From the human T2T-CHM13v2.0 reference genome, Homo sapiens, in the NCBI RefSeq assembly GCF_009914755.1, contig NC_060928.1: a stretch of DNA of 64,000 nt. One strand, given 5' to 3'. The position numbers were made by a program, and so were the translations under genes. Every line of letters begins with the position of its first letter. The stretch's first letter is position 1. The notes below the pieces were generated by a model. The model saw only the letters and a list, made by a program, of their open reading frames with translations. It was not told the origin of the DNA and did not search any database. Of this stretch, positions 33,001 to 48,800 are shown piece by piece.

Positions 33001-36000
33001 TAATACATACTTTGGGTACTTTGATATTTTATGTACAGTATATAATGCATAATTTGGGTACTTCAATAGTTTATGCACAGTATATAATACATACTTTGGG
33101 TAATTTGATATTTTATGTACAGTATATAATGCATACTTTGGGTACTTTGATAGTTTATGTACAGTATACAATACATACTTTGGGTACTTTGATATTTTAT
33201 GTACAGTATATAATATGTAGTTTGGGTACTTTGATATTTTAACTACAGTATATAATACATACTTTGGGTACTTTGATATTTTATCTACAGTATATAATAG
33301 ATACTTTGGGTACTTTGATATATTATGTACAGTATATAATACATAGTTTGGTTACTTTGATATTTTTTGTACAGTATGTAAAACATACTTTGGGGAGTTT
33401 GATATTTTATGAACAGTATATAATACACATTTTGGGTACTTTGATATTTTATGTATGGTATATAATACATACTTTGGGTACTTTGATATTTTATGTACAG
33501 TATATAATTCATACTTTGGGTACTTTGATATTTTATGTACAGTATATAATACATACATTGGGTACTTCGATATTTTATGTGCAGTACCCTATATATAGTT
33601 TGGGTACTTTGATATTTTATGTCCAGTATAAAATAAATAGTTTTGGTACTTTGATATTTTATATACAGTATATAGTTTGAGTACTTTGATATTTAATGTT
33701 AAGTTTATTATAAATGTTTGGGTGCTTTCATATTTTATATACAGTATATAATACATACTTTGGGCACTTTGATATTTTCTGTACACTATATAATACATAC
33801 TTTGGGTACTTTGATATTTTATGTACGGTATATAATACATACATTGGGTACTTTGATATTTTATGTACAGTATATAATATATAGTTTGGTTACTTTGATA
33901 TTTTATATACAGTATATAATATATATTATGTGTACTTTGATATATTATGTACAGTATATAATATATAGTATGGGTTGTTTGATATTTTATGTACAGTATA
34001 TAATATATAGTTTGGGTAGTTTGATATTTTTAGTACAGTATGTAATATATAGTTTGTTTTATTTGATATTTTATGTACAGTATACAATATATAGTATTGG
34101 TACTTTGATATTTCATGTAAAGTATATAGTTTGAGTACTTTGATATTTTATATGCAGTTTATTATAAATGTTTGGGTACCTTCATATTTTATGTAAAGTA
34201 TATAATACATACTTTGGGAACTTTTATTTTATGTGCAGTATATAATACATACTTTGGGTACTTTGATATTTCATGTACAGTATATAATACACACTTTGGG
34301 TACTTTGATATTTTATGTACAGTATATAATACACACTTTGGGTACTTTGATATTTTATGTACAGTATATAATACATACTTTGGGTACTTTGATGTATTAT
34401 GTACAGTATATAATACATACTTTGGGTACTTTGATATTTTATGTACAGTATATAATACATACTTTGGGTACTTTGATATTTTATGTACAGTATGTAATAC
34501 ACACTTTGGGTACTTTGATATTTTATGTACAGTATGTAAAACATACTTTGGGTAGTTTGATATATTATGTACAGTATATAATACATACTTTGGGTACTCT
34601 GATATTTTATGTACAGTGTATAATACATACTTTGGGTACTTTGATATTTTATGTACAGTATATAATACATACTTTGGGTACTTTGATATTTTATGTACAG
34701 TATATAATACTTACTTGGGGTATCTTGATATTTTATGTACAGTATATAATGCATACTTTGAGTACTTTGATATTTTATGTACAGTATGTAATACATACTT
34801 TGGGTACTTTGATATTTTATGTATAGTATATAATACATACTTTGTGTAGTTTGATATTTTATGTACAGTATACAATATATAGTTTGAGTACTTTGATATT
34901 TTATGTCCAGTATAAAATATATAGTTTTCCTAATTGATATTTTATGTACAGAATATAGTATGAGTACTTTGATATTTTATGTACACTTTATTATAAATGT
35001 TTGGGTAATTTCATATTTTATGTACAGTATATAATACATACTTTGGTCTCTTTGATGTTTTATGTACAGTATATAATACATACTTTGGGTTCTTTGATAT
35101 TTTATGTGCAGAATATAATGCATAGTTTTAGGTACTTTTATATTTTATGTACAGTATATAATACATACTTTGGGTACTTTGATATTTTATGTACAGTATA
35201 TAATACATACTTTGGGTACTTTGATATTTTATGTACAGTATATAATACATATTATTGGTACTTTGATATTTTATGTACAGTATACAATATATAGTTTGAG
35301 TACTTTGATATTTTATGTCCAGTATAAAATACATAGATTTCATACTTTGATATTTTATGTACAGAATATAGTTTGAGTACTTTGATATTTTATGTACACT
35401 TTATCATAAAAGTTTGGGTACTTTCATATTTTACGTACAGTATATAATACATACTTTGGGCACTTTGATGTTTTATGTACAGTATATAATACATACTTTG
35501 GGTTCTTTGATATGTTATGTACAGCATATAGTATATAATTTGGGGACTTTTATATTTTATGTACATTATATAATACATACTTTGGGTACTTTTATATTTT
35601 ATGTACGGTATATAATACATACTTTGGGTACTTTGATATATTATGTACAGTATATAATACATACTTAGGGTACTTTGACATTTTATGTACAGTACATAAT
35701 ACATACTTTGGGTACTTTGATATTTTATGTACAGTATATAATACATACTTTGGGTACTTTGATATTTTATGTACAGTATATAATACATCTGTTGGGTACT
35801 TTTACATTTTATGTACAGTATATAATATATAGTTTGGGTACTTTGATATTTTATGTACGGTATATAATACATACTTTGGGTACTTTGATATTTTATGTAC
35901 AGTATATAATACATACTTTGGGTACTTTGATAATTTATGTACAGTATATAATACACACTTTGCGTACTTTGATATTTTATGTAAAGTATGTAATACATAC

Positions 36001-36585
36001 TTTGGGTACTTTGATATTTTATGTACAGTATGTAATACACGCTTTGGGTACTTTGATATTTTATGTAGAGTATGTAAAACATACTTTGGGTAGTTTGGTA
36101 TTTTATGATCAGTATATAATACATATTTTGGGTACTTTGATATTTTATGTACAGTATATAATACATATTATTGGTACTTTGATATTTTATGTACAGTATA
36201 CAATATATAGTTTGAGTACTTTGATATTTTATGTCCAGTATAAAATACATAGATTTCATACTTTGATATTTTATGTACAGAATATAGTTTGAGTACTTTG
36301 ATATTTTATGTACACTTTATCATAAAAGTTTGGGTACTTTCATATTTTACGTACAGTATATAATACATACTTTGGGCACTTTGATGTTTTATGTACAGTA
36401 TATAATACATACTTTGGGTCCTTTGATATGTTATGTACAGCATATAGTACATAATTTGGGGACTTTTATATTTTATGTACATTATATAATACATACTTTG
36501 GGTACTTTTATATTTTATGTACGGTATATAATACATACTTTGGGTACTTTGATATATTATGTACAGTATATAATACATACTTTGG
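24005..36585 (+). repeat. 6276-bp near-perfect tandem duplication (~24005-30309 and ~30281-36585)
   Basis: Constant offset of 6276 for ORFs 24568/30844, 25483/31759, 25896/32172, 26988/33264, 27442/33718, 27896/34172, 28725/35001, 29138/35414 and 30054/36330. About ten substitutions seen by eye. Module lengths 915+413+1546+454+829+413+916+790 sum to 6276. Confidence 0.94.
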
Positions 36586-39500
36586 GTACTTTGATATATT
36601 ATGTACAGTATATAATACATACTTAGGGTACTTTGACATTTTATGTACAGTACATAATACATACTTTGGGTACTTTGATATTTTATGTACAGTATATAAT
36701 ACATACTTTGGGTACTTTGATATTTTATGTACAGTATATAATACATGTTTTGGGTACTTTTACATTTTATGTACAGTATATAATATATAGTTTGGGTACT
36801 TTGATATTTTATGTACGGTATATAATACATACTTTGGGTACTTTGATATTTTATGTACAGTATATAATACATACTTTGGGTACTTTGATATTTTATGTAG
36901 AGTATATAATACATACTTTGGGTACTTTGATATTTAATGTACAGTATATAATACACACTTTGCGTACTTTGATATTTTATGTAAAGTATGTAATACATAC
37001 TTTGGGTACTTTGATATTTTATGTACAGTATGTAATACACGCTTTGGGTACTTTGATATTTTATGTAGAGTATGTAAAACATACTTTGGGTAGTTTGGTA
37101 TTTTATGATCAGTATATAATACATATTTTGGGTACTTTGATATTTTATGTACAGTATATAATACCTACTTTGGGTACTTTGATATTTTATGTACAGTATA
37201 TAATGCATAATTTGGGTACTTCAATAGTATATGCACAGTATATAATACATACTTTGGGTAATTTGATATTTTATGTACAGTATATAATGCATACTTTGGG
37301 TACTTTGATATTTTATGTACAGTATATAATATGTAGTTTGGGTACTTTGATATTTTAACTACAGTATATAATACATACTTTGGGTACTTTGATATTTTAT
37401 CTACAGTATATAATAGATACTTTGGGTACTTTGATATATTATGTACAGTATATAATACATAGTTTGGTTACTTTGATATTTTTTGTACAGTATGTAAAAC
37501 ATACTTTGGGGAGTTTGATATTTTATGAACAGTATATAATACACATTTTGGGTACTTTGATATTTTATGTACGGTATATAATACATACTTTGGGTACTTT
37601 GATATTTTATGTACAGTATATAATTCATACTTTGGGTACTTTGATATTTTATGTACAGTATATAATACATACTTTGGGTACTTTGATATTTTATGAACAG
37701 TATATAATACATACTTTGGGTACTTTGATATTTTATGTACTGTATATAATACATACTTTGGGTACTTTTATATTTTATGTACAGTATATAATATATAGTT
37801 TGGGTACTTTGATATTTTATGTACGGTATATAATACATACTTTGGGTACTTTGATATTTTATGTATAGTATATAATACATACTAAGCGCACTTTGATATT
37901 TTATGTACAGTATATAATACATACTTTGGTTACTCTGATATTTTATGTACAGTGTATAATACATACTTTGGGTACTTTGATATTTTATGTATAGTATATA
38001 GTTTGAGTACTTTGATATTTTATGTACAGTTTTTTATAAATATTTGGGTGCTTTCATATTTTATGTACAGTATATAATACATACTAAGCGCACTTTGATA
38101 TTTTATGTACAGTATACAATACATACTTTGGTTACTCTGATATTTTATGTACAGTGTATAATACATACTTTGGGTACTTTGATATTTTATGTACAATATA
38201 TAATACATACGTTGGGAACTTTGATATATTATGTACATTATATAATTCATACATTGGGTACTTTGATATATTATGTACAGTATATAATACTTACTTGGGG
38301 TACTTTGATATTTTATGTACAGTATATAATACATACTTTGTGTACTTTGATATTTTATGTACAGTATATAATACATACTTTGGGTACTTTGATATTTTAT
38401 GTACAGTATATAATACATACTTTGGGTATCTTGATATTTTATGTACAGCATATAATGCATACTTTGGGTACTTTGATATTTTATGTACAGTATATAATGC
38501 ATACTTTGAGTACTTTGATATTTTATGTACAGTATGTAATACATACTTTGGGTACTTTGATATTTTATGTATAGTATATAATACATACTTTGTGTAGTTT
38601 GATATTTTATGTACAGTATACAATATATAGTTTGAGTACTTTGATATTTTATGTCCAGTATAAAATGTATAGTTTTCCTAATTGATATTTTATGTACAGA
38701 ATATAGTTTGAGTACTTTGATATTTTATGTACACTTTATTATAAATGTTTGGGTACTTTCATATTTTATGTACAGTATATAATACATACTTTGGTCTCTT
38801 TGATGTTTTATGTACAGTATATAATACATACTTTGGGTTCTTTGATATTTTATGTGCAGAATATAATGCATAGTTTTAGGTACTTTTATATTTTATGTAC
38901 AGTATATAATACATACTTTGGGTACTTTGATATTTTATGTACAGTATATAATACATACTTTGGGAACTTTGATATTTTATGTACAGTATGTAATACATAC
39001 TTTGGGTACTTTGATATTTTATGTACAGTATACAATATATAGTTTGAGTACTTTGATATTTTATGTCCAGTATAAAATACATAGATTTCATACTTTGATA
39101 TTTTATGTACAGAATATAGTTTGAGTACTTTGATATTTTATGTACACTTTATCATAAAAGTTTGGGTACTTTCATATTTTACGTACAGTATATAATACAT
39201 ACTTTGGGCACTTTGATGTTTTATGTACAGTATATAATACATACTTTGGGTTCTTTGATATGTTATGTACAGCATATAATACATAATTTGGGGACTTTTA
39301 TATTTTATGTACATTATATAATACATACTTTGGGTACTTTTATATTTTATGTACGGTATATAATACATACTTTGGGTACTTTGATATATTATGTACAGTA
39401 TATAATACATACTTTGGGTACTTTGATATATTATGTACAGTATATAATACATACTTAGGGTACTTTGACATTTTATGTACAGTACATAATACATACCTTG

Positions 39501-39816
39501 GGTACTTTGATATTTTATGTACAGTATATAATACATACTTTGGGTACTTTGATATTTTATGTACAGTATATAATACATGTTTTGGGTACTTTTATATTTT
39601 ATGTACAGTATATAATATATAGTTTGGGTACTTTGATATTTTATGTACGGTATATAATACATACTTTGGGTACTTTGATATTTTATGTTCAGTATATAAT
39701 ACATACTTTGGGTACTTTGATATTTTATGTACAGTATATAATACATACTTTGGGTACTTTGATATTTAATGTACAGTATATAATACACACTTTGCGTACT
39801 TTGATATTTTATGTAA

Positions 39817-42800
39817 AGTATGTAATACATACTTTGGGTACTTTGATATTTTATGTACAGTATGTAATACACGCTTTGGGTACTTTGATATTTTATGTAG
39901 AGTATGTAAAACATACTTTGGGTAGTTTGGTATTTTATGATCAGTATATAATACATATTTTGGGTACTTTGATATTTTATGTACAGTATATAATACATAC
40001 TTTGGGTACTTTGATATTTTATGTACAGTATATAATGCATAATTTGGGTACTTCAATAGTTTATGCACAGTATATAATACATACTTTGGGTAATTTGATA
40101 TTTTATGTACAGTATATAATGCATACTTTGGGTACTTTGATAGTTTATGTACAGTATACAATACATACTTTGGGTACTTTGATATTTTATGTACAGTATA
40201 TAATATGTAGTTTGGGTACTTTGATATTTTAACTACAGTATATAATACATACTTTGGGTACTTGGATATTTTATCTACAGTATATAATAGATACTTTGGG
40301 TACTTTGATATATTATGTACAGTATATAATACATAGTTTGGTTACTTTGATATTTTTTGTACAGTATGTAAAATATAGTTTGGGGAGTTTGATATTTTAT
40401 GAACAGTATATAATACACATTTTGGGTACTTTGATATTTTATGTACGGTATATAATACATACTTTGGGTACTTTGATATTTTATGTACAGTATATAATTC
40501 ATACTTTGGGTACTTTGATATTTTATGTACAGTATATAATACATACATTGGGTACTTCGATATTTTATGTGCAGTACCCTATATATAGTTTGGGTACTTT
40601 GATATTTTATGTCCAGTATAAAATAAATAGTTTTGGTACTTTGATATTTTATATACAGTATATAGTTTGAGTACTTTGATATTTAATGTTCAGTTTATTA
40701 TAAATGTTTGGGTGCTTTCATATTTTATATACAGTATATAATACATACTTTGGGCACTTTGATATTTTCTGTACAGTATATAATACATACTTTGGGTACT
40801 TTGATATTTTATGTACGGTATATAATACATACATTGGGTACTTTGATATTTTATGTACAGTATATAATATATAGTTTGGTTACTTTGATATTTTATATAC
40901 AGTATATAATATATATTATGTGTACTTTGATATATTATGTACAGTATATAATATATAGTATGGGTTGTTTGATATTTTATGTACAGTATATAATATATAG
41001 TTTGGGTAGTTTGATATTTTTAGTACAGTATGTAATATATAGTTTGTTTTATTTGATATTTTATGTACAGTATACAATATATAGTATTGGTACTTTGATA
41101 TTTCATGTAAAGTATATAGTTTGAGTACTTTGATATTTTATATGCAGTTTATTATAAATGTTTGGGTACCTTCATATTTTATGTACAGTATATAATACAT
41201 ACTTTGGGAACTTTTATTTTATGTGCAGTATATAATACATACTTTGGGTACTTTGATATTTCATGTACAGTATATAATACACACTTTGGGTACTTTGATA
41301 TTTTATGTACAGTATATAATACACACTTTGGGTAGTTTGATATTTTATGTACAGTATATAATACATACTTTGGGTACTTTGATGTATTATGTACAGTATA
41401 TAATACATACTTTGGGTACTTTGATATTTTATGTACAGTATATAATACATACTTTGGGTACTTTGATATTTTATGTACAGTATGTAATACACACTTTGGG
41501 TACTTTGATATTTTATGTACAGTATGTAAAACATACTTTGGGTAGTTTGATATATTATGTACAGTATATAATACATACTTTGGGTACTCTGATATTTTAT
41601 GTACAGTGTATAATACATACTTTGGGTACTTTGATATTTTATGTACAGTATATAATACATACTTTGGGTACTTTGATATTTTATGTACAGTATATAATAC
41701 TTACTTGGGGTATCTTGATATTTTATGTACAGTATATAATGCATACTTTGGGTACTTTGATATTTTATGTACAGTATATAATGCATACTTTGAGTACTTT
41801 GATATTTTATGTACAGTATGTAATACATACTTTGGGTACTTTGATATTTTATGTATAGTATATAATACATACTTTGTGTAGTTTGATATTTTATGTACAG
41901 TATACAATATATAGTTTGAGTACTTTGATATTTTATGTCCAGTATAAAATATATAGTTTTCCTAATTGATATTTTATGTACAGAATATAGTTTGAGTACT
42001 TTGATATTTTATGTACACTTTATTATAAATGTTTGGGTAATTTCATATTTTATGTACAGTATATAATACATACTTTGGTCTCTTTGATGTTTTATGTACA
42101 GTATATAATACATACTTTGGGTTCTTTGATATTTTATGTGCAGAATATAATGCATAGTTTTAGGTACTTTTATATTTTATGTACAGTATATAATACATAC
42201 TTTGGGTACTTTGATATTTTATGTACAGTATATAATACATACTTTGGGTACTTTGATATTTTATGTACAGTATATAATACATATTATTGGTACTTTGATA
42301 TTTTATGTACAGTATACAATATATAGTTTGAGTACTTTGATATTTTATGTCCAGTATAAAATACATAGATTTCATACTTTGATATTTTATGTACAGAATA
42401 TAGTTTGAGTACTTTGATATTTTATGTACACTTTATCATAAAAGTTTGGGTACTTTCATATTTTACGTACAGTATATAATACATACTTTGGGCACTTTGA
42501 TGTTTTATGTACAGTATATAATACATACTTTGGGTTCTTTGATATGTTATGTACAGCATATAGTACATAATTTGGGGACTTTTATATTTTATGTACATTA
42601 TATAATACATACTTTGGGTACTTTTATATTTTATGTACGGTATATAATACATACTTTGGGTACTTTGATATATTATGTACAGTATATAATACATACTTTG
42701 GGTACTTTGATATATTATGTACAGTATATAATACATACTTAGGGTACTTTGACATTTTATGTACAGTACATAATACATACTTTGGGTACTTTGATATTTT

Positions 42801-45800
42801 ATGTACAGTATATAATACATACTTTGGGTACTTTGATATTTTATGTACAGTATATAATACATGTTTTGGGTACTTTTACATTTTATGTACAGTATATAAT
42901 ATATAGTTTGGGTACTTTGATATTTTATGTACGGTATATAATACATACTTTGGGTACTTTGATATTTTATGTACAGTATATAATACATACTTTGGGTACT
43001 TTGATATTTTATGTACAGTATATAATACATACTTTGGGTACTTTGATATTTAATGTACAGTATATAATACACACTTTGCGTACTCTGATATTTTATGTAA
43101 AGTATGTAATACATACTTTGGGTACTTTGATATTTTATGTACAGTATGTAATACACGCTTTGGGTACTTTGATATTTTATGTAGAGTATGTAAAACATAC
43201 TTTGGGTAGTTTGGTATTTTATGATCAGTATATAATACATATTTTGGGTACTTTGATATTTTATGTACAGTATATAATACCTACTTTGGGTACTTTGATA
43301 TTTTATGTACAGTATATAATGCATAATTTGGGTACTTCAATAGTATATGCACAGTATATAATACATACTTTGGGTAATTTGATATTTTATGTACAGTATA
43401 TAATGCATACTTTGGGTACTTTGATAGTTTATGTACAGTATACAATACATACTTTAGGTACTTTGATATTTTATGTACAGTATATAATATGTAGTTTGGG
43501 TACTTTGATATTTTAACTACAGTATATAATACATACTTTGGGTACTTTGATATTTTATCTACAGTATATAATAGATACTTTGGGTACTTTGATATATTAT
43601 GTACAGTATATAATACATAGTTTGGTTACTTTGATATTTTTTGTACAGTATGTAAAACATACTTTGGGGAGTTTGATATTTTATGAACAGTATATAATAC
43701 ACATTTTGGGTACTTTGATATTTTATGTACGGTATATAATACATACTTTGGGTACTTTGATATTTTATGTGCAGTATATAATTCATACTTTGGGTACTTT
43801 GATATTTTATGTACAGTATATAATACATACTTTGGGTACTTTGATATTTTATGAACAGTATATAATACATACTTTGGGTACTTTGATATTTTATGTACTG
43901 TATATAATACATACTTTGGGTACTTTTATATTTTATGTACAGTATATAATATATAGTTTGGGTACTTTGATATTTTATGTACGGTATATAATACATACTT
44001 TGGGTACTTTGATATTTTATGTATAGTATATAATACATACTAAGCGCACTTTGATATTTTATGTACAGTATATAATACATACTTTGGTTACTCTGATATT
44101 TTATGTACAGTGTATAATACATACTTTGGGTACTTTGATATTTTATGTATAGTATATAGTTTGAGTACTTTGATATTTTATGTACAGTTTTTTATAAATA
44201 TTTGGGTGCTTTCATATTTTATGTACAGTATATAATACATACTAAGCGCACTTTGATATTTTATGTACAGTATACAATACATACTTTGGTTACTCTGATA
44301 TTTTATGTACAGTGTATAATACATACTTTGGGTACTTTGATATTTTATATACAATATATAATACATACGTTGGGAACTTTGATATATTATGTACATTATA
44401 TAATTCATACTTTGGGTACTTTGATATTTTATGTACAGTATATAATACATAGTTTGTGTACTTTGATATTTTATGTACAGTATATAATACATACTTTGGG
44501 TACTTTGATATTTTATATACAGTATATAATACATACTTTGGGTACTTTCATATTTTATGTACAGTATATAATATATAGTTTGGGTACTTTGATATTTTAT
44601 CTACATCTTATAATACATACTTTGGGTACTTTGATATTTTATGTACAGTATATAATACATACTTTGGGTAGTTTGATATTTTATGTACAGTATACAATAT
44701 ATAGTTTGAGTACTTTGATATTTTATGTGCAGTATAAAATATATAGTTTTGGTACTTTGATATTTTATGTACAGTTTATAGTTTGAGTAGTTTGATATTT
44801 TATGTACAGTTTATTATAAATGTTTGGGTACTTTCATATTTGATGTACAGTATTTAATACATAATTTGGGCACTTTGATATTTTATGTACAGTATATAAT
44901 ACATACTTTGGGTACTTTTCTATTTTATGCACAGTATATAATACATACTTTGTTTACTTTGATATTTAATGTACAGTATATAATACACAGTTTGCGTACT
45001 TTGATATTTTATGTAAAGCATGTAATACATAATTTGGGCAGTTTGATATTTTATGTACAGTATGTAATACACACTTTGGGTACTTTGATATTTTATGTAC
45101 AGTATGTAAAACATACTTTGGGTAGTTTGATATATTATGTACTGTATATAATGCATACTTTGGGTACTCTGATATTTTATGTAAAGTGTATAATACGTAC
45201 TTTGGGTACTTTGATATTTTATGTACAGTATATAATACATACATTGGGTACTTTGATATATTATGTACAGTATATAATACTTACTTGGGGTACTTTGATA
45301 TTTTATGTACAGTATATAATACATACTTTGTGTACTTTGATATTTTATGTACAGTATATAATACATACTTTGGGTACTTTGATATTTTATGTACAGTATA
45401 TAATACATACTTTGGGTACTTTGATATTTTATGTACAGCATATAATGCATACTTTGGGTACTTTGATATTTTATGTACAGTATATAATGCATACTTTGAG
45501 TACTTTGATATTTTATGTACAGTATGTAATACATACTTTGGGTACTTTGATATTTTATGTACAGTATGTAATACACGCTTTGGGTACTTTGATATTTTAT
45601 GTAGAGTATGTAAAACATACTTTGGGTAGTTTGGTATTTTATGATCAGTATATAATACATATTTTGGGTACTTTGATATTTTATGTACAGTATATAATAC
45701 ATACTTTGGGTACTTTGATATTTTATGTACAGTATATAATGCATAATTTGGGTACTTCAATAGTTTATGCACAGTATATAATACATACTTTGGGTAATTT

Positions 45801-48800
45801 GATATTTTATGTACAGTATATAATGCATACTTTGGGTACTTTGATAGTTTATGTACAGTATACAATACATACTTTGGGTACTTTGATATTTTATGTACAG
45901 TATATAATATGTAGTTTGGGTACTTTGATATTTTAACTACAGTATATAATACATACTTTGGGTACTTGGATATTTTATCTACAGTATATAATAGATACTT
46001 TGGGTACTTTGATATATTATGTACAGTATATAATACATAGTTTGGTTACTTTGATATTTTTTGTACAGTATGTAAAATATAGTTTGGGGAGTTTGAAATT
46101 TTATGAACAGTATATAATACACATTTTGGGTACTTTGATATTTTATGTACGGTATATAATACATACTTTGGGTACTTTGATATTTTATGTACAGTATATA
46201 ATTCATACTTTGGGTACTTTGATATTTTATGTACAGTATATAATACATACATTGGGTACTTCGATATTTTATGTGCAGTACCCTATATATAGTTTGGGTA
46301 CTTTGATATTTTATGTCCAGTATAAAATAAATAGTTTTGGTACTTTGATATTTTATATACAGTATATAGTTTGAGTACTTTGATATTTAATGTTCAGTTT
46401 ATTATAAATGTTTGGGTGCTTTCATATTTTATATACAGTATATAATACATACTTTGGGCACTTTGATATTTTCTGTACAGTATATAATACATACTTTGTG
46501 TACTTTGATATTTTATGTACGGTATATAATACATACATTGGGTACTTTGATATTTTATGTACAGTATATAATATATAGTTTGGTTACTTTGATATTTTAT
46601 ATACAGTATATAATATATATTATGTGTACTTTGATATATTATGTACAGTATATAATATATAGTATGGGTTGTTTGATATTTTATGTACAGTATATAATAT
46701 ATAGTTTGGGTAGTTTGATATTTTTAGTACAGTATGTAATATATAGTTTGTTTTATTTGATATTTTATGTACAGTATACAATATATAGTATTGGTACTTT
46801 GATATTTCATGTAAAGTATATAGTTTGAGTACTTTGATATTTTATATGCAGTTTATTATAAATGTTTGGGTACCTTCATATTTTATGTACAGTATATAAT
46901 ACATACTTTGGGAACTTTTATTTTATGTGCAGTATATAATACATACTTTGGGTACTTTGATATTTCATGTACAGTATATAATACACACTTTGGGTACTTT
47001 GATATTTTATGTACAGTATATAATACACACTTTGGGTACTTTGATATTTTATGTACAGTATATAATACATACTTTGGGTACTTTGATGTATTATGTACAG
47101 TATATAATACATACTTTGGGTACTTTGATATTTTATGTACAGTATATAATACATACTTTGGGTACTTTGATATTTTATGTACAGTATGTAATACACACTT
47201 TGGGTACTTTGATATTTTATGTACAGTATGTAAAACATACTTTGGGTAGTTTGATATATTATGTACAGTATATAATACATACTTTGGGTACTCTGATATT
47301 TTATGTACAGTGTATAATACATACTTTGGGTACTTTGATATTTTATGTACAGTATATAATACATACTTTGGGTACTTTGATATTTTATGTACAGTATATA
47401 ATACTTACTTGGGGTATCTTGATATTTTATGTACAGTATATAATGCATACTTTGGGTACTTTGATATTTTATGTACAGTATATAATGCATACTTTGAGTA
47501 CTTTGATATTTTATGTACAGTATGTAATACATACTTTGGGTACTTTGATATTTTATGTATAGTATATAATACATACTTTGTGTAGTTTGATATTTTATGT
47601 ACAGTATACAATATATAGTTTGAGTACTTTGATATTTTATGTCCAGTATAAAATATATAGTTTTCCTAATTGATATTTTATGTACAGAATATAGTTTGAG
47701 TACTTTGATATTTTATGTACACTTTATTATAAATGTTTGGGTAATTTCATATTTTATGTACAGTATATAATACATACTTTGGTCTCTTTGATGTTTTATG
47801 TACAGTATATAATACATACTTTGGGTTCTTTGATATTTTATGTGCAGAATATAATGCATAGTTTTAGGTACTTTTATATTTTATGTACAGTATATAATAC
47901 ATACTTTGGGTACTTTGATATTTTATGTACAGTATATAATACATACTTTGGGTACTTTGATATTTTATGTACAGTATATAATACATATTATTGGTACTTT
48001 GATATTTTATGTACAGTATACAATATATAGTTTGAGTACTTTGATATTTTATGTCCAGTATAAAATACATAGATTTCATACTTTGATATTTTATGTACAG
48101 AATATAGTTTGAGTACTTTGATATTTTATGTACACTTTATCATAAAAGTTTGGGTACTTTCATATTTTACGTACAGTATATAATACATACTTTGGGCACT
48201 TTGATGTTTTATGTACAGTATATAATACATACTTTGGGTTCTTTGATATGTTATGTACAGCATATAGTACATAATTTGGGGACTTTTATATTTTATGTAC
48301 ATTATATAATACATACTTTGGGTACTTTTATATTTTATGTACGGTATATAATACATACTTTGGGTACTTTGATATATTATGTACAGTATATAATACATAC
48401 TTTGGGTACTTTGATATATTATGTACAGTATATAATACATACTTAGGGTACTTTGACATTTTATGTACAGTACATAATACATACTTTGGGTACTTTGATA
48501 TTTTATGTACAGTATATAATACATACTTTGGGTACTTTGATATTTTATGTACAGTATATAATACATGTTTTGGGTACTTTTACATTTTATGTACAGTATA
48601 TAATATATAGTTTGGGTACTTTGATATTTTATGTACGGTATATAATACATACTTTGGGTACTTTGATATTTTATGTACAGTATATAATACATACTTTGGG
48701 TACTTTGATATTTTATGTACAGTATATAATACATACTTTGGGTACTTTGATATTTAATGTACAGTATATAATACACACTTTGCGTACTCTGATATTTTAT

